A stretch of DNA of 64,000 nt from Patescibacteria group bacterium (GCA_042568575.1 JBHPIO010000002.1:65447-129446), one strand, 5' to 3'; counted from the stretch's first letter, positions 46,466 through 56,990 are shown. Numbers and translations are program-made. Notes: a model not told the origin generated them from the sequence alone.

Positions 46466-47764
46466 CTAGTAGAATTTAGAATAATCGTGCATTACCAATT
46501 GTGCATTAACTTGCCTAATAAGTTCAAGTACAACTCCAACGATGATGATCATTCCCGCACCACTAATAAGTAAAGGTACGCTTCCAAGTGCTAGTGATGA
46601 GAACATAGAACTTAAGATAATCGGAAGGACTGCGATAAACGCAATAAATAGACCTCCCCATAGATTTAATCTGCTCGAGATTTTCCCTATATAATCTGCT
46701 GTCTCTTTTCCAGGACGGATTCCAGGAACGTATCCTCCGCGTTTCTGTAAGTTATCTGCAACCTGCTCTGGGTTGAAAGTAATACTTACGTAGAAGTAAG
46801 TAAATCCAACAACTAGTAGGAAGTAAATAATAATATATAAAGGACTGTTTATGTGGAAATAAGTTAGAATTGCATCCGCAATAGCTTTTAATGCAGGTGA
46901 TTGTGAGTTTTGGAATAGTTGTGCAAGTACCCCCGGGAAACTAGCCATTGATACACCAAAGATGATTGGGATCATTCCAGCCTGATTAATACGGATAGGC
47001 AGAATAGCATGGTCACTTTTTCCTCTGGTCCCACGTCCGGCATAGACGACGGGTATTTGCCGCTGCCCTTCTGTCACCATAATTACAACAGTAAGTAGGA
47101 CAATCGTCATGAGTAGCATTAGAACAAAAGGAATAAGTCTTGATGTTTCCTGTTGTGTTAACGCGAGTGTTTGTCCGAGAACTGTTGGAATACTTGAGAT
47201 AATTCCAGCGAAGATAATAAGTGAAATTCCGTTTCCAATACCATATTCAGAGATAAGTTCACCAAGCCACATAACAAATACTGTACCTGCAGTAATTGTA
47301 AGCATAATAGGAAGAACCACAGCTGGATTTCCAATATCCGGTACAATAGGTACTGAAGCTTGTGAATTAATAAGAACAATCATTCCATACGATTGTAGGA
47401 ATGCGATAGGTACTGTAAGCCATCTTGTGTACTGATTGATTTTTCGTCGTCCCTGTTCACCTTCTTTAGATAGATTTTCGAGTCTTGGCACGATTACAGT
47501 TAAAAGCTGCATAATGATCGAAGCGTTGATGTAAGGAGAAAGCCCCATCAAGATAATTGAGAAGTTTTCCGCACTCCCACCTGTAAGTGCACTAAAAATA
47601 CCAAGTAATGAATTTTGATTGATTACACTTCGGATTGCATCAAGATTTGCCCCCGGGATAGAAACCTGAGTACAAATTCTAAAAACAACTATGATTCCAA
47701 GTGTGAAAAGTATTTTCTTTCGAAGATCTTTAGAATTCCAGATCTGTTGAATGTATTTGAACAT
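46466..47764 (-). CDS. secY: Preprotein translocase SecY
   Basis: PYINASIIMQLL, GIGNGISLIIF, PGIRPG. Confidence 0.98.
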   Translation of the reverse strand: MFKYIQQIWNSKDLRKKILFTLGIIVVFRICTQVSIPGANLDAIRSVINQNSLLGIFSALTGGSAENFSIILMGLSPYINASIIMQLLTVIVPRLENLSKEGEQGRRKINQYTRWLTVPIAFLQSYGMIVLINSQASVPIVPDIGNPAVVLPIMLTITAGTVFVMWLGELISEYGIGNGISLIIFAGIISSIPTVLGQTLALTQQETSRLIPFVLMLLMTIVLLTVVIMVTEGQRQIPVVYAGRGTRGKSDHAILPIRINQAGMIPIIFGVSMASFPGVLAQLFQNSQSPALKAIADAILTYFHINSPLYIIIYFLLVVGFTYFYVSITFNPEQVADNLQKRGGYVPGIRPGKETADYIGKISSRLNLWGGLFIAFIAVLPIILSSMFSSLALGSVPLLISGAGMIIIVGVVLELIRQVNAQLVMHDYSKFY

Positions 47765-47783
47765 GTATGATTGGCTTTATATG

Positions 47784-48338
47784 TTATTTTTCAGCTTTTT
47801 CTTCTGTAGCCTCCGTAGCCTCCTCCTTTGCAGGAGTAGCGGCTTTTTCTTTTGTCTTTTTATCTTTTTTAGGAGCAGCTTTTTCTTTCTTTTTAGCAGT
47901 TACTGTAAGTGATCCTTTTGCTTTTTTCACTTTTTCGTCCGCTGATTTAGTTGCAGCGTCTACTGTAATTGTAAGTTTCTTTGTTAGTTCACCATCTCCT
48001 AGAAGTTTAACTGGATCGCTCTTTCTTGAGATAATTCCTTTAGCAAGTAATGCTTCTTTATCAACGTTAGCATTGTCGTCGAATACATCCAATGCTCCAA
48101 CATTAACAACTTGATAGTTAACAGCATTTGGATTCTTAAATCCTTTCAATTTTGGCATACGTTGGATGAATGGAGTTTGACCACCTTCGAATCCTGGTCG
48201 TCTATTTCCACCACTTCTTGAGTTCTGACCGTTCATACCTCGAGTTGAGTATGTTCCCATACCAGAACCGTTTCCACGTCCTACTCTTTTTCTTCTATGT
48301 CGAGCTCCTTTGTTGCTCTTTAATGTTAATAAATTCAT
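47784..48338 (-). CDS. rplO: 50S ribosomal protein L15
   Basis: RVGRGNGSG, GFEGGQTP; K/E/A-rich tail. Confidence 0.97.
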   Translation of the reverse strand: MNLLTLKSNKGARHRRKRVGRGNGSGMGTYSTRGMNGQNSRSGGNRRPGFEGGQTPFIQRMPKLKGFKNPNAVNYQVVNVGALDVFDDNANVDKEALLAKGIISRKSDPVKLLGDGELTKKLTITVDAATKSADEKVKKAKGSLTVTAKKKEKAAPKKDKKTKEKAATPAKEEATEATEEKAEK

Positions 48339-48358
48339 TGCTATGAATAATTTAAGAA

Positions 48359-48952
48359 TTAGTTATCTTTAGGTTTGTCTGCTTTAGCCTCTGGCTTAGC
48401 TTCAGTTTTAGGTGCGTCCTTAGGTGCTTCAATCTTTGCTTCTGCTTTTACCTCAGCACCCTTTTTCTTTGGTGCAGTTCTTTTTACAAGCATGCTTAGT
48501 GCTTTGTAAGTTGCTTGAGTATTAGCTACACGATTGTTTGTTCCGAATGATTTACTCAAAATATTTTTGATTCCAGAGAGTTCAACTACCTTTCTTACTG
48601 CTCCTCCAGCGATAATACCCGTACCTTCAGATGCTGGCATCAATAAGATTTTTGAACTTTTTAGTTTAATTCTAATTTCGTGCGGGATAGTAGTTCCAAA
48701 GAGAGGCACTCTGATGATAGCTCTTTTAGCCTTTGAAATTGCTTTCTGGATAGCACCCATTACTTCAGTTGATTTTCCAATACCAATTCCAACGCGACCT
48801 TTTCTGTCTCCGATTACAACAGTTGCGCGGAATCTAAGTCTTCGTCCACCTTTAACCACACGTGTAACACGATCAATCTGAATTACTTCTTCATCAAATT
48901 CCTTTTTTTCCTTGATTGGTGATCTTCCTTTTTTATGTACTGGTTTTGCCAC
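48359..48952 (-). CDS. rpsE: 30S ribosomal protein S5
   Basis: RVTRVVKGGRRLRF, GTGIIAGG. Confidence 0.98.
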   Translation of the reverse strand: MAKPVHKKGRSPIKEKKEFDEEVIQIDRVTRVVKGGRRLRFRATVVIGDRKGRVGIGIGKSTEVMGAIQKAISKAKRAIIRVPLFGTTIPHEIRIKLKSSKILLMPASEGTGIIAGGAVRKVVELSGIKNILSKSFGTNNRVANTQATYKALSMLVKRTAPKKKGAEVKAEAKIEAPKDAPKTEAKPEAKADKPKDN

Positions 48953-48978
48953 TTTATTGAATGATTAAAGATATAAGT

Positions 48979-49317
48979 TTAAAATTTTAGTCCACCTTCA
49001 CGAGCTCCGTCAGCCAATTCTTTAACTCGTCCGTGATATTTGAACCCGTTTCTATCGAATACACAAGTTGTGATCTTTTTTTCTCCTGCTTGCTTAGCTA
49101 TTTCAAGTCCAACTTTTTTAGCTTTATCTAGCTTTTTCTCTTTCTTCATTTTCATATCAGATGCGCTTGCAAGAGTTTTCTTAGCTTCGTCGTCAATAAG
49201 TTGAGTGTAGATGCTTGTGTTGCTTCTAAATACTACTAATCTTGGACGATCTTTAGTCCCTCGTATTTTAGCAGCGATTTTTACATGCCTTCTTTTTCTA
49301 GCTTCGTATTTCTTCAT
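48979..49317 (-). CDS. rplR: 50S ribosomal protein L18
   Basis: RPRLVVFRSN, YHGRVK. Confidence 0.98.
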   Translation of the reverse strand: MKKYEARKRRHVKIAAKIRGTKDRPRLVVFRSNTSIYTQLIDDEAKKTLASASDMKMKKEKKLDKAKKVGLEIAKQAGEKKITTCVFDRNGFKYHGRVKELADGAREGGLKF

Positions 49318-49357
49318 TTTCGAGATGTTTAATTTAGATTAATAAGTTTTTTAATTA

Positions 49358-49909
49358 CTACTCAGCCTTACCTACAGCTTTACCAGCTTTACGAGCAACA
49401 TATTCTCCTTCGTATCTAATTCCTTTCCCTTTGTATGGTTCAGGCTTTCTATAAGATCTGATTTTTGATGCAACTTCTCCTACCATTTGTTTGCTTATTC
49501 CACTTACAATCACAATATTTTTCTTTTCTTTATCGAGATCAAACATGATTCCTTCAGGAGCTTTATATTCAATAGGATGTGAGAATCCCAAGTTGAGTGT
49601 AATTTTAGATCCTTGAGGTTGAGCTTTGTATCCAACGCCGATTATTTCAAGACGTTTTTCGAAACCTTTTGTTACACCTATAACCATGTTGTTGATAAGA
49701 TTTCGGCTTAGTCCGTGGAAACTTCTTGCTTCTTTGGTTTCTTCATTTCGAGTAACAATAATTTCGTTATCTTTAACTTCAACATTTATGCTGCCTTGAA
49801 TTCTTTCAGAAAGTTCACCTTTAGGACCTTTTACATGACACACTCCGTCCTTCATTTCTAAGGTTACTCCGTCTGATAAGCTAATTGGCAATTTTCCTAT
49901 TCGTGACAT
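49358..49909 (-). CDS. rplF: 50S ribosomal protein L6
   Basis: MSRIGKLP, PEPYKGKGIRY. Confidence 0.98.
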   Translation of the reverse strand: MSRIGKLPISLSDGVTLEMKDGVCHVKGPKGELSERIQGSINVEVKDNEIIVTRNEETKEARSFHGLSRNLINNMVIGVTKGFEKRLEIIGVGYKAQPQGSKITLNLGFSHPIEYKAPEGIMFDLDKEKKNIVIVSGISKQMVGEVASKIRSYRKPEPYKGKGIRYEGEYVARKAGKAVGKAE

Positions 49910-49939
49910 TTTTAATTATTAAGTTGGTAATTATAATTT

Positions 49940-50329
49940 TTAGTATACTTCGCAGATAATTTCTCCTCCTAGGTTTTGATTATAAGCTTCTTCACCACTC
50001 ATCAAGCCTTTTGATGTTGAAACTACAAGCATTCCAAGTCCACTTCGTACCCTTTTAATATCTTTGCCTTTTACATAGATCCTCTGACCTGGTTTGCTGA
50101 TTCTCTTAAAATGTGGGTGCTGTTGATCATCAGTCTGTTTCAAGGTAACAAGAAGTTCTTTGAATTTTCCTGACTCCTGAACTTTATACTGTTTTACGAA
50201 TCTTCTTTCAGCAAGCACTTTAGAAAGCGCTTCTTTCACTTTTGAGTAAGGTATAACAGTGCTCTCGTGTCCTGCTTGCGACGCGTTTCTTACTCTAGTT
50301 AGATAATCTGCAATTGGGTCGGTATTCAT
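49940..50329 (-). CDS. rpsH: 30S ribosomal protein S8
   Basis: DPIADYLTRVRN, SKPGQRIY, GGEIIC. Confidence 0.98.
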   Translation of the reverse strand: MNTDPIADYLTRVRNASQAGHESTVIPYSKVKEALSKVLAERRFVKQYKVQESGKFKELLVTLKQTDDQQHPHFKRISKPGQRIYVKGKDIKRVRSGLGMLVVSTSKGLMSGEEAYNQNLGGEIICEVY

Positions 50330-50387
50330 ATTTTACAATTAATTTAGTATAAATTATTATTGGATGATCCACGCTGCGCGTGAATTT

Positions 50388-50612
50388 TTACCATGAAGAC
50401 TTTGTTACTCCGGCAATTTTCCCTTGTGAAGCTAATTCTCGGAAGCAAATTCTGCACAGATCGAACTTTCTCATATATCCACGGTTTCTTCCACAAGCAT
50501 TACATCTGTTATATACACGGGTAGGAAACGTAGGCTTTTTACCCTGCTCCAAAGCCCTTGTGTAGCCTTGTTGTTTTTTCTTAGTTTTTACGATTAATGC
50601 TGTTCGAGCCAT
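50388..50612 (-). CDS. rpsN: 30S ribosomal protein S14 (Zn-binding type)
   Basis: RCNACGR...[12 protein letters not shown]. Confidence 0.97.
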   Translation of the reverse strand: MARTALIVKTKKKQQGYTRALEQGKKPTFPTRVYNRCNACGRNRGYMRKFDLCRICFRELASQGKIAGVTKSSW

Positions 50613-50627
50613 TATTGTTATTATTAA

Positions 50628-51191
50628 TTATTTATTACTTGGTTTCTTAAATGGAAATCCTAGTGCTTTGAGTAACGCAAGACCTTCTTCGTTATTCTTT
50701 GCAGAAGTATTAATGCATACTTGTAATCCATGAATCTTAACAATATCGTCTGCGTTGATTTCTGGGAAAACAATGTGTTCTTTAATTCCAACTGAATAAT
50801 TTCCTTTTCCATCGAATGATTTTGGAGAAATTCCACGGAAATCTCGAGTTCGAGGGAATATAACTGAAACTAATTTTTCAATGAAGTCATACATTCTTTC
50901 TCCTCTTAGTGTAACCATTATTCCGTTTGGCATTCCTTCTCTAATTTTAAAGTTAGAAATCGCCTTCTTAGCTTTAATGATTAATGGTTTTTGTCCTGTG
51001 ATAGCTGAGATATTTGCTGCAAACTCTGAGAAATCTTTACTTCCACTTGTGTACAAACTTCCAAGTCCAGCATTTACAGTTACTTTAGTCATTTTAGGTA
51101 TAGCGCTTACATTTTTAATACCTAAATCTTTTTGCAACTGCGATGCAATTTCTTTTGAGAACCTATCTTTTAATTTCGTTGCTTTTGCCAT
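50628..51191 (-). CDS. rplE: 50S ribosomal protein L5
   Basis: ITGQKP, FKIREG, FDGKGNY. Confidence 0.98.
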   Translation of the reverse strand: MAKATKLKDRFSKEIASQLQKDLGIKNVSAIPKMTKVTVNAGLGSLYTSGSKDFSEFAANISAITGQKPLIIKAKKAISNFKIREGMPNGIMVTLRGERMYDFIEKLVSVIFPRTRDFRGISPKSFDGKGNYSVGIKEHIVFPEINADDIVKIHGLQVCINTSAKNNEEGLALLKALGFPFKKPSNK

Positions 51192-51210
51192 TATTTACTT
51201 TAATTAGTGA

Positions 51211-51534
51211 TTATTTAGTAGTAGCTTTATCCAATGATTCGTTACATTTCTTACATATTCGTTGCTTCTTTCCTGTTTCTAGCTTTGTATATCCTACTCG
51301 AGTTCTTTTTTTACATTGAGGGCATACAACCATAACGTTTGATACAGGCATTGGTGCCTCAAATGTAATTTTGCTTCCTGCTCTTGTTTGAGTTTTTTTA
51401 ACGTGTTTAGTACGCATGTTCAATTTCTCAATAACAACTTTGTCATCTTTAGACAGGATTCGCATAACCTTTCCGGTTTTTCCGCGGTCTTTTCCTGTGA
51501 CTACTAGCACATTGTCATTCATTTTAACTTTCAT
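51211..51534 (-). CDS. rplX: 50S ribosomal protein L24
   Basis: KOW motif VVTGKDRGKTGKV. Confidence 0.97.
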   Translation of the reverse strand: MKVKMNDNVLVVTGKDRGKTGKVMRILSKDDKVVIEKLNMRTKHVKKTQTRAGSKITFEAPMPVSNVMVVCPQCKKRTRVGYTKLETGKKQRICKKCNESLDKATTK

Positions 51535-51553
51535 GATATTTCTTGTTTTTAGG

Positions 51554-51922
51554 TTAGATTACTTCTGGTGCGAGAGAGATAATTTTTTGGTAGCCTTTGT
51601 CTCGTAGCTCTCTTGCTACTGGGCCAAACACACGAGTTCCTTTTGGTTGTCCGTCAGTACCGATAATTACAACAGCGTTTTCATCGAATCGAATGTATGA
51701 TCCGTCTTTTCTTCCAATTTCTTTTCTTGCTCTTACAACTACTGCACGTTGTACAGATTTTTTCTTAACGATACCTTTTGGCGCAGCCTCCTTTACTGAT
51801 ACTACGATAAGGTCTCCAATTGATGCGTAACGTCTTTTTGATCCACCAAGCACTTTGATGCATTGTACTAACTTTGCACCTGTGTTGTCTGCGACCTTTA
51901 ATTTAGTTTCCGGTTGAATCAT
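51554..51922 (-). CDS. rplN: 50S ribosomal protein L14
   Basis: [22 protein letters not shown]. Confidence 0.98.
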   Translation of the reverse strand: MIQPETKLKVADNTGAKLVQCIKVLGGSKRRYASIGDLIVVSVKEAAPKGIVKKKSVQRAVVVRARKEIGRKDGSYIRFDENAVVIIGTDGQPKGTRVFGPVARELRDKGYQKIISLAPEVI

Positions 51923-51924
51923 AA

Positions 51925-52182
51925 TTATTTATTAGCAGTTTCTTTAGTAGTGTTTTCAGTTGGTTCAACTGTTGTCCATCTCTTTAGCTTACTCGTTGGC
52001 TTTGTTTCATAAATTGTGATTTTATCACCAATTTCGAATTTTCCTTCTGGCGCGTGTGCATAGAACTTTTTAGACACACGATATCTTTTCTTATATTTAG
52101 GATGAGATTTGTATGAGTGAACTGTCACAACTATCGTTTGATCCATTTTCGTACTAGTGATTGTTCCTTTTTTGGTTCTCAT
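51925..52182 (-). CDS. rpsQ: 30S ribosomal protein S17
   Basis: [20 protein letters not shown]. Confidence 0.97.
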   Translation of the reverse strand: MRTKKGTITSTKMDQTIVVTVHSYKSHPKYKKRYRVSKKFYAHAPEGKFEIGDKITIYETKPTSKLKRWTTVEPTENTTKETANK

Positions 52183-52203
52183 AGTTTGAGTTAGTTTAAA
52201 TGG

Positions 52204-52485
52204 TTACTTTTTAGCTTTTTCAGCTTTCTCTTCTTCTTTCTTTTCTGTCTTAGGTTCTTCAACTACTTTTTGATCAGTGAATTTCTTTTGTTCAGATGCT
52301 TCAATATCTTTTCTAACTGTTTTGATGTTCGCTCTGTACTTCTTCAAGTTTCTAATTTGATGACTTGCCTTTGAAGATCCAGTGTTAACTTCAAAACGGA
52401 TTTTAAACAGATCTTTTGTTGCTTTTGCAAACTCTTGATCCAGTTCTTTAAGCGATAATTTTTTAAGTTCTTCTAGTGATAACAT
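52204..52485 (-). CDS. rpmC: 50S ribosomal protein L29 with charged extension
   Basis: L29-type pattern and position between rplP and rpsQ. Confidence 0.9.
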   Translation of the reverse strand: MLSLEELKKLSLKELDQEFAKATKDLFKIRFEVNTGSSKASHQIRNLKKYRANIKTVRKDIEASEQKKFTDQKVVEEPKTEKKEEEKAEKAKK

Positions 52486-52500
52486 AGTTAATTTTGAGTA

Positions 52501-52926
52501 TTATTGACCGTGATGCTTATATTCAACGAATTTACATTTAATTGGTAGTTTGTGTGCTGCTCTTCTTAGAGCTTCTTTTGCAACCTCTTTGCCTACACCA
52601 TCCATTTCAAAGATGATTTTCCCTGGCTTTATAACGTCTACGAATTTGTCGACATTACCTTTACCTGATCCCATTGGTACTTCTGCACCTTTTTGAGTGA
52701 TAGGTTTATGAGGGAAAGCTCTAATCCAGATTTTTCCTCCACGTTTTATGTAATGAGTGATTGCTCGTCTTGCTGCTTCAATTTGTCTTGAAGTGATCTC
52801 TCCAGCTGATATAGCTTTTAGACCATACTCCCCAAAGCTCATGTAGCTTCCGCGGATTGCCTTTCCTGTAAGGCAACTTCGGCGTCTAAACTGCTTTCTA
52901 TATTTTTGCTTTTTCGGTGAGAGCAT
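52501..52926 (-). CDS. rplP: 50S ribosomal protein L16
   Basis: [18 protein letters not shown]. Confidence 0.98.
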   Translation of the reverse strand: MLSPKKQKYRKQFRRRSCLTGKAIRGSYMSFGEYGLKAISAGEITSRQIEAARRAITHYIKRGGKIWIRAFPHKPITQKGAEVPMGSGKGNVDKFVDVIKPGKIIFEMDGVGKEVAKEALRRAAHKLPIKCKFVEYKHHGQ

Positions 52927-52945
52927 AATTCTTTAAATAATTAGA

Positions 52946-53698
52946 TTAGTTCTTATGAGTAGGTTTTTTTCCCTGTCCTCTTGAGTTTCCTCTTGGAGGT
53001 CTTTGCTTATGTCTTCTTGGAGCACCTTGATCTTCTCTTGGTGCTTCTGCTGTAACAGCTGGAACTTGTCCCTTGAATACATCTCCTTTATAAATCCAAA
53101 CTTTTACACCAATTTGTCCGTAAGTAGTTGTTGCAGGTAGATACGCGTAATCGATATCTGCCCTGAATGTATGAAGTGGAATTTTCCCATCTGAGAAGAA
53201 TTCATTTCGTGCGATTTCTACTCCATTTAGTCGTCCTGCTACTCTAACTTTTACTCCGATCGCTCCTGCTTCTCTTGATCTCTGAATTGCCATTTTAGCA
53301 GCTCGTCTATATGAGATTCTTCGTGTTATTTGTTGAGCGATTGATGCTGCAACAACTTGAGCGTCAAGGTTAGGTTTCTTAATTTCAAGGATATTTACAC
53401 TAAATTTGTTATCAAACTTCTTTTCAAGTTCTTCACGGAGTTTTTCTATTTTTTCTCCGCCTCTACCTATGATAAGTCCAGGTTTTGCTGTGTGGATGTT
53501 GATCGATACAGCATTTGCAGTTCTAAGAATTTCAACTTTTGAGATTCCTGTATCTTTTAGTTTCTTACTTATCTCTTTCTGAATCGCTAGATCCTGATGA
53601 AGAGTTTTCCCATATTTTTTCTTGTTTGCATACCATTTTGAATCCCATTGACGATTAATACCGATTCTTATACAAACTGGATTTACTTTTTGTCCCAT
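52946..53698 (-). CDS. rpsC: 30S ribosomal protein S3
   Basis: MGQKVNP, PLHTFRADIDY. Confidence 0.98.
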   Translation of the reverse strand: MGQKVNPVCIRIGINRQWDSKWYANKKKYGKTLHQDLAIQKEISKKLKDTGISKVEILRTANAVSINIHTAKPGLIIGRGGEKIEKLREELEKKFDNKFSVNILEIKKPNLDAQVVAASIAQQITRRISYRRAAKMAIQRSREAGAIGVKVRVAGRLNGVEIARNEFFSDGKIPLHTFRADIDYAYLPATTTYGQIGVKVWIYKGDVFKGQVPAVTAEAPREDQGAPRRHKQRPPRGNSRGQGKKPTHKN

Positions 53699-53707
53699 AG
53701 GGTAGCT

Positions 53708-54127
53708 TTAAGATTTAGTAGTTTTAGGTTCAGGCTTTTCAGCTTTAACTTCCTCTTTCTTTGCAGTAGCCTTAGTTTCTTTAGCCGGCTTTTCTTCTTC
53801 TTCAGGTAGCCCGACAGTTACAGTAATGTGTGATGTTCTTTTTAAGATTGGGTGCATACGTCCTCTTGATACTGGAACACTTCTCTTTAAAGTAGCTCCC
53901 TGTGTCACAATTATTTCTTTTATTACTAATGCATCTCTCTTTTGCTTAAAATTGTTTTCTGCGTTTGCCATTGCGCTATGAAGTACTTTGTAAAGGATTG
54001 GAGCAGCTTTCTTAGGTGTGAACTTTAAGATACTAAGCGCTTCCTCAGCATTTTTGTTGCGAATAAGTCCTGCAACAAGATTTGCTTTTTTTGGTGATAT
54101 CCTTATGTGTCTTGCAATAGCTTTCAC
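53708..54127 (-). CDS. rplV: 50S ribosomal protein L22
   Basis: RISPKKA, SAMANA, KRTSHITV. Confidence 0.98.
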   Translation of the reverse strand: MKAIARHIRISPKKANLVAGLIRNKNAEEALSILKFTPKKAAPILYKVLHSAMANAENNFKQKRDALVIKEIIVTQGATLKRSVPVSRGRMHPILKRTSHITVTVGLPEEEEKPAKETKATAKKEEVKAEKPEPKTTKS

Positions 54128-54144
54128 GTCTTTTTAGTTAAGTG

Positions 54145-54414
54145 TTATTTAGCGAGCTTTCCGCCGTGTCCTTTAAATTTACGAGTTGGAGAGAATTCTC
54201 CGAGTTTATGTCCAACCATGTTTTCTGTTACGAACACTGGGATGTGTTGTTTCCCATTGTGAACACCGAATGTGTGTCCTACGAATTCAGGTGAAATTGT
54301 TGAGTTTCTTGCCCAGGTTTTAATAACTTTCTTTTGTCCTGCACCATCCATATTCTGCACTTTCTTAAGCAGCTTTGGGTCTACGTATGGTCCTTTTTTT
54401 GTACTTCTTCCCAT
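54145..54414 (-). CDS. rpsS: 30S ribosomal protein S19
   Basis: [21 protein letters not shown]. Confidence 0.98.
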   Translation of the reverse strand: MGRSTKKGPYVDPKLLKKVQNMDGAGQKKVIKTWARNSTISPEFVGHTFGVHNGKQHIPVFVTENMVGHKLGEFSPTRKFKGHGGKLAK

Positions 54415-54426
54415 GGTTATTTAAGG

Positions 54427-55263
54427 TTACTTCCTATGGCGTGATTTGATAATAAATTTGTCACTGTACTTTCGTTTCCTTGTCTTATATCCAAGCGCTG
54501 GCATTCCCCAAGGAGTTTTAGGATGTTTCAAACCAATTGGCTGATTACCTTCACCACCTCCATGTGGATGGTCGCACGGATTCATAACTTTACCTCTCAC
54601 TTGAGGTCTTCTTCCCATATTTCTCCTTCTTCCTGCTTTTCCAATTACGATGTGAGTGTGATCTATATTACTTACAGCTCCATAAGTTGCATAACATTCT
54701 TTGTTAACAATTCGGATTTCTCCAGATGGCAACTGTACTTGTGTATGTTTCTTGTCTTCCTGAGACATAATCTTCGCGCTTGATCCAGCAGACCGAATCA
54801 TTTGTCCTCCTTTTCCTTTGTTGAGCTCAATGTTGTAAATTGTGAATCCAACAGGGAAGTTTTTGATAAGCATTCTGTTTCCAGGTTTTAGCTTAGTTTT
54901 GTCAGCAAGGATAACTTTGTCTTCAACTTTAATGTCTTGTGGAGCAACGTGATATCTCTTTTCTCCGTCTTTATAAATCACAAGCATGATGTATGCAGAT
55001 CTGTATGGATCGTACTCAATAGACGCAACTTTTCCTTCGATATTATGTTTATCTGCTCGGTTAAAATCTAGAGCTCTATACATTTTTTTGTGTCCTCCAC
55101 CACGATGCCTAATAGTTAGACGTCCTTGGTTGTTTCTTCCTGATCTCTTGTTCAGTCTCTTTGTAAGCCTTTTTTCTGGCTTTGACACAGTTACTTCATC
55201 GAATGAAGCAATTGTCATTTGTCTTCTACCGGGAGTTGTTGGTTTGCAATGTTTTACTGCCAT
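54427..55263 (-). CDS. rplB: 50S ribosomal protein L2
   Basis: RHRGGGHK, MNPCDHPHGGGEG. Confidence 0.98.
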   Translation of the reverse strand: MAVKHCKPTTPGRRQMTIASFDEVTVSKPEKRLTKRLNKRSGRNNQGRLTIRHRGGGHKKMYRALDFNRADKHNIEGKVASIEYDPYRSAYIMLVIYKDGEKRYHVAPQDIKVEDKVILADKTKLKPGNRMLIKNFPVGFTIYNIELNKGKGGQMIRSAGSSAKIMSQEDKKHTQVQLPSGEIRIVNKECYATYGAVSNIDHTHIVIGKAGRRRNMGRRPQVRGKVMNPCDHPHGGGEGNQPIGLKHPKTPWGMPALGYKTRKRKYSDKFIIKSRHRK

Positions 55264-55577
55264 TATTTCTTCTTTTTAGATTTAGAATCTTTAAATTTAG
55301 TAATATCTATTGTTTTGCCATCTTTTATAGTGACAACAGCTTTCTTAGTCTTCCTCCTCTTTACGATAACGTTTCTTCCTCTCATCACTCTTGTTTTTGG
55401 CTGAATGTATGTCATGTTTACTTTGTCTACATCAGCGTCATAAATTGCTTTGATTGCTTTTTTCACATCAACTTTTGTTGCGTTTGACGCTACTCTGAAG
55501 ACATACTTCGCTTTATCTGAGAGCATTGTGCTCTTTTCAGTAGTGATCGGCTCGATGATTGTTGTGTGAGTGTTCAT
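55263..55577 (-). CDS. rplW: 50S ribosomal protein L23
   Basis: PITTEKS, ATKVDVK, KKAVVT. Confidence 0.96.
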   Translation of the reverse strand: MNTHTTIIEPITTEKSTMLSDKAKYVFRVASNATKVDVKKAIKAIYDADVDKVNMTYIQPKTRVMRGRNVIVKRRKTKKAVVTIKDGKTIDITKFKDSKSKKKK

Positions 55578-55579
55578 TA

Positions 55580-56266
55580 TTAATCGGTTTTATCTTCTTT
55601 AACCTTTGGAGTTGCTGCCTTTTTTGGTTCCGATTTCTTTTTACTTCCGAATACTTCTTCAAGTTTCTTTAGTGATTCACTTAGGAACATAACTTTTCTG
55701 TATTTCTGAAGGTCAGCGATATTTAAATAGTTAACAATAATAGTCTTTACATTTGGGATGTTTGCGCTTGATTTCTGTACCATTTCGTCTTTCCCTGGAA
55801 TAACTACAAGTACATTTCTATCTACAGGCAATTTTTTAACCATTTCAGCGAATGGTTTAGTCTTAACTTCTTTTGCTTCGTAATTTTCAAGTGCGAATAT
55901 CTCATTGTTTTTAGCTTTAGCCGATAGTGCCGAGAAAAGAGCTTTTCTTCTTTGTTTCTTTGGCATATCAACCTCAAAATTTCTAGTGTTTCTTGGTCCG
56001 AATATAACTCCTCCACCTTTAAGGTTAGGTGCTCTTCGTGAACCTTGCCTTGCAGATCCTGTTCCTTTTTGTCTAAAAGGTTTTCGCCCACCACCTCTTA
56101 CGTCACTTCTTTGTTTAACGTGAGCAATTGGGCTTCTTGAGTTTGCTTGTTGTCTTACTAGCCCTTGGTGAATCAAGTCTGCGTTGAATGGAACTTCAAA
56201 GAATTCCTTCGCAAGTTCAACTTGTCCTTTTTTCTCACCAGTTTGTGTGTATAAATCTGCCTTCAT
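55580..56266 (-). CDS. rplD: 50S ribosomal protein L4
   Basis: GGGRKPFRQKGTGSARQGS. Confidence 0.98.
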   Translation of the reverse strand: MKADLYTQTGEKKGQVELAKEFFEVPFNADLIHQGLVRQQANSRSPIAHVKQRSDVRGGGRKPFRQKGTGSARQGSRRAPNLKGGGVIFGPRNTRNFEVDMPKKQRRKALFSALSAKAKNNEIFALENYEAKEVKTKPFAEMVKKLPVDRNVLVVIPGKDEMVQKSSANIPNVKTIIVNYLNIADLQKYRKVMFLSESLKKLEEVFGSKKKSEPKKAATPKVKEDKTD

Positions 56267-56271
56267 ATTAT

Positions 56272-56859
56272 TTATGCTGCATGAGCTTTAATAAATATTA
56301 GTCCTTTGTTCCCTCCTGGGAGTGGTCCTTTTAATCCGATAAGATTGTTTTTAACATCAAGGTATGCAACCTCCACACTCTTTAATGTTTTCCTGTCAGT
56401 TCCCATGTGGCCGGGTAGCTTCTTACCTTTAGCTACTCGTCCTGGTTTTGCACATGCACCAATTGAACCTGGTTCTCTGTGATGATGTGATCCGTGTGTT
56501 TCAGGTCCTCTCGAGAAGTTGTGTCTTTTAATTACACCCTGGAAACCTTTACCTTTTGATGTTCCAGTTACTTCAACTCTTTTAATCTCGTTAAATTTAT
56601 TGAGTCCGATTGAATCACCTTTCTTATATTCTTCTCCTTCATCTATCCTTACTTCTCTTGAGAAATAAAATTTCTTGGTTTTTTTAGCTTTTTTCAATTT
56701 AGAAAAACCAAGGACTATCGCCGGATATCCGTCTTTTTCCATTGTTTTCACTTGAGTAACCTCGTTAGGTTCACACTGTACAATGGTGACTGGGATCACA
56801 CGGCCATCATCTTGAATGATGCGCGTCATGCCTAATTTTCTTCCTAGAATTCCCAACAT
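56272..56859 (-). CDS. rplC: 50S ribosomal protein L3
   Basis: GRKLGMT, KGKGFQG, HGSHHHREPGSIG. Confidence 0.98.
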   Translation of the reverse strand: MLGILGRKLGMTRIIQDDGRVIPVTIVQCEPNEVTQVKTMEKDGYPAIVLGFSKLKKAKKTKKFYFSREVRIDEGEEYKKGDSIGLNKFNEIKRVEVTGTSKGKGFQGVIKRHNFSRGPETHGSHHHREPGSIGACAKPGRVAKGKKLPGHMGTDRKTLKSVEVAYLDVKNNLIGLKGPLPGGNKGLIFIKAHAA

Positions 56860-56961
56860 TTCCTACATAGGTTAGAACGGTTCAAAGATCTTACTGGGTG
56901 ATTTCCTTTTAAAGGAGCCCTTAAACCGTGGAAATAACGTGCAAACTAATGTTGCCGTCTG

Positions 56962-56990
56962 AGTATAGGGAAAGGGTATTTGGAAGTCAA
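56962..56990 (-). promoter_or_regulatory. Promoter for the rplC-led operon
   Basis: Minus strand TTGACT-17 bp-TATACT. Confidence 0.7.
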
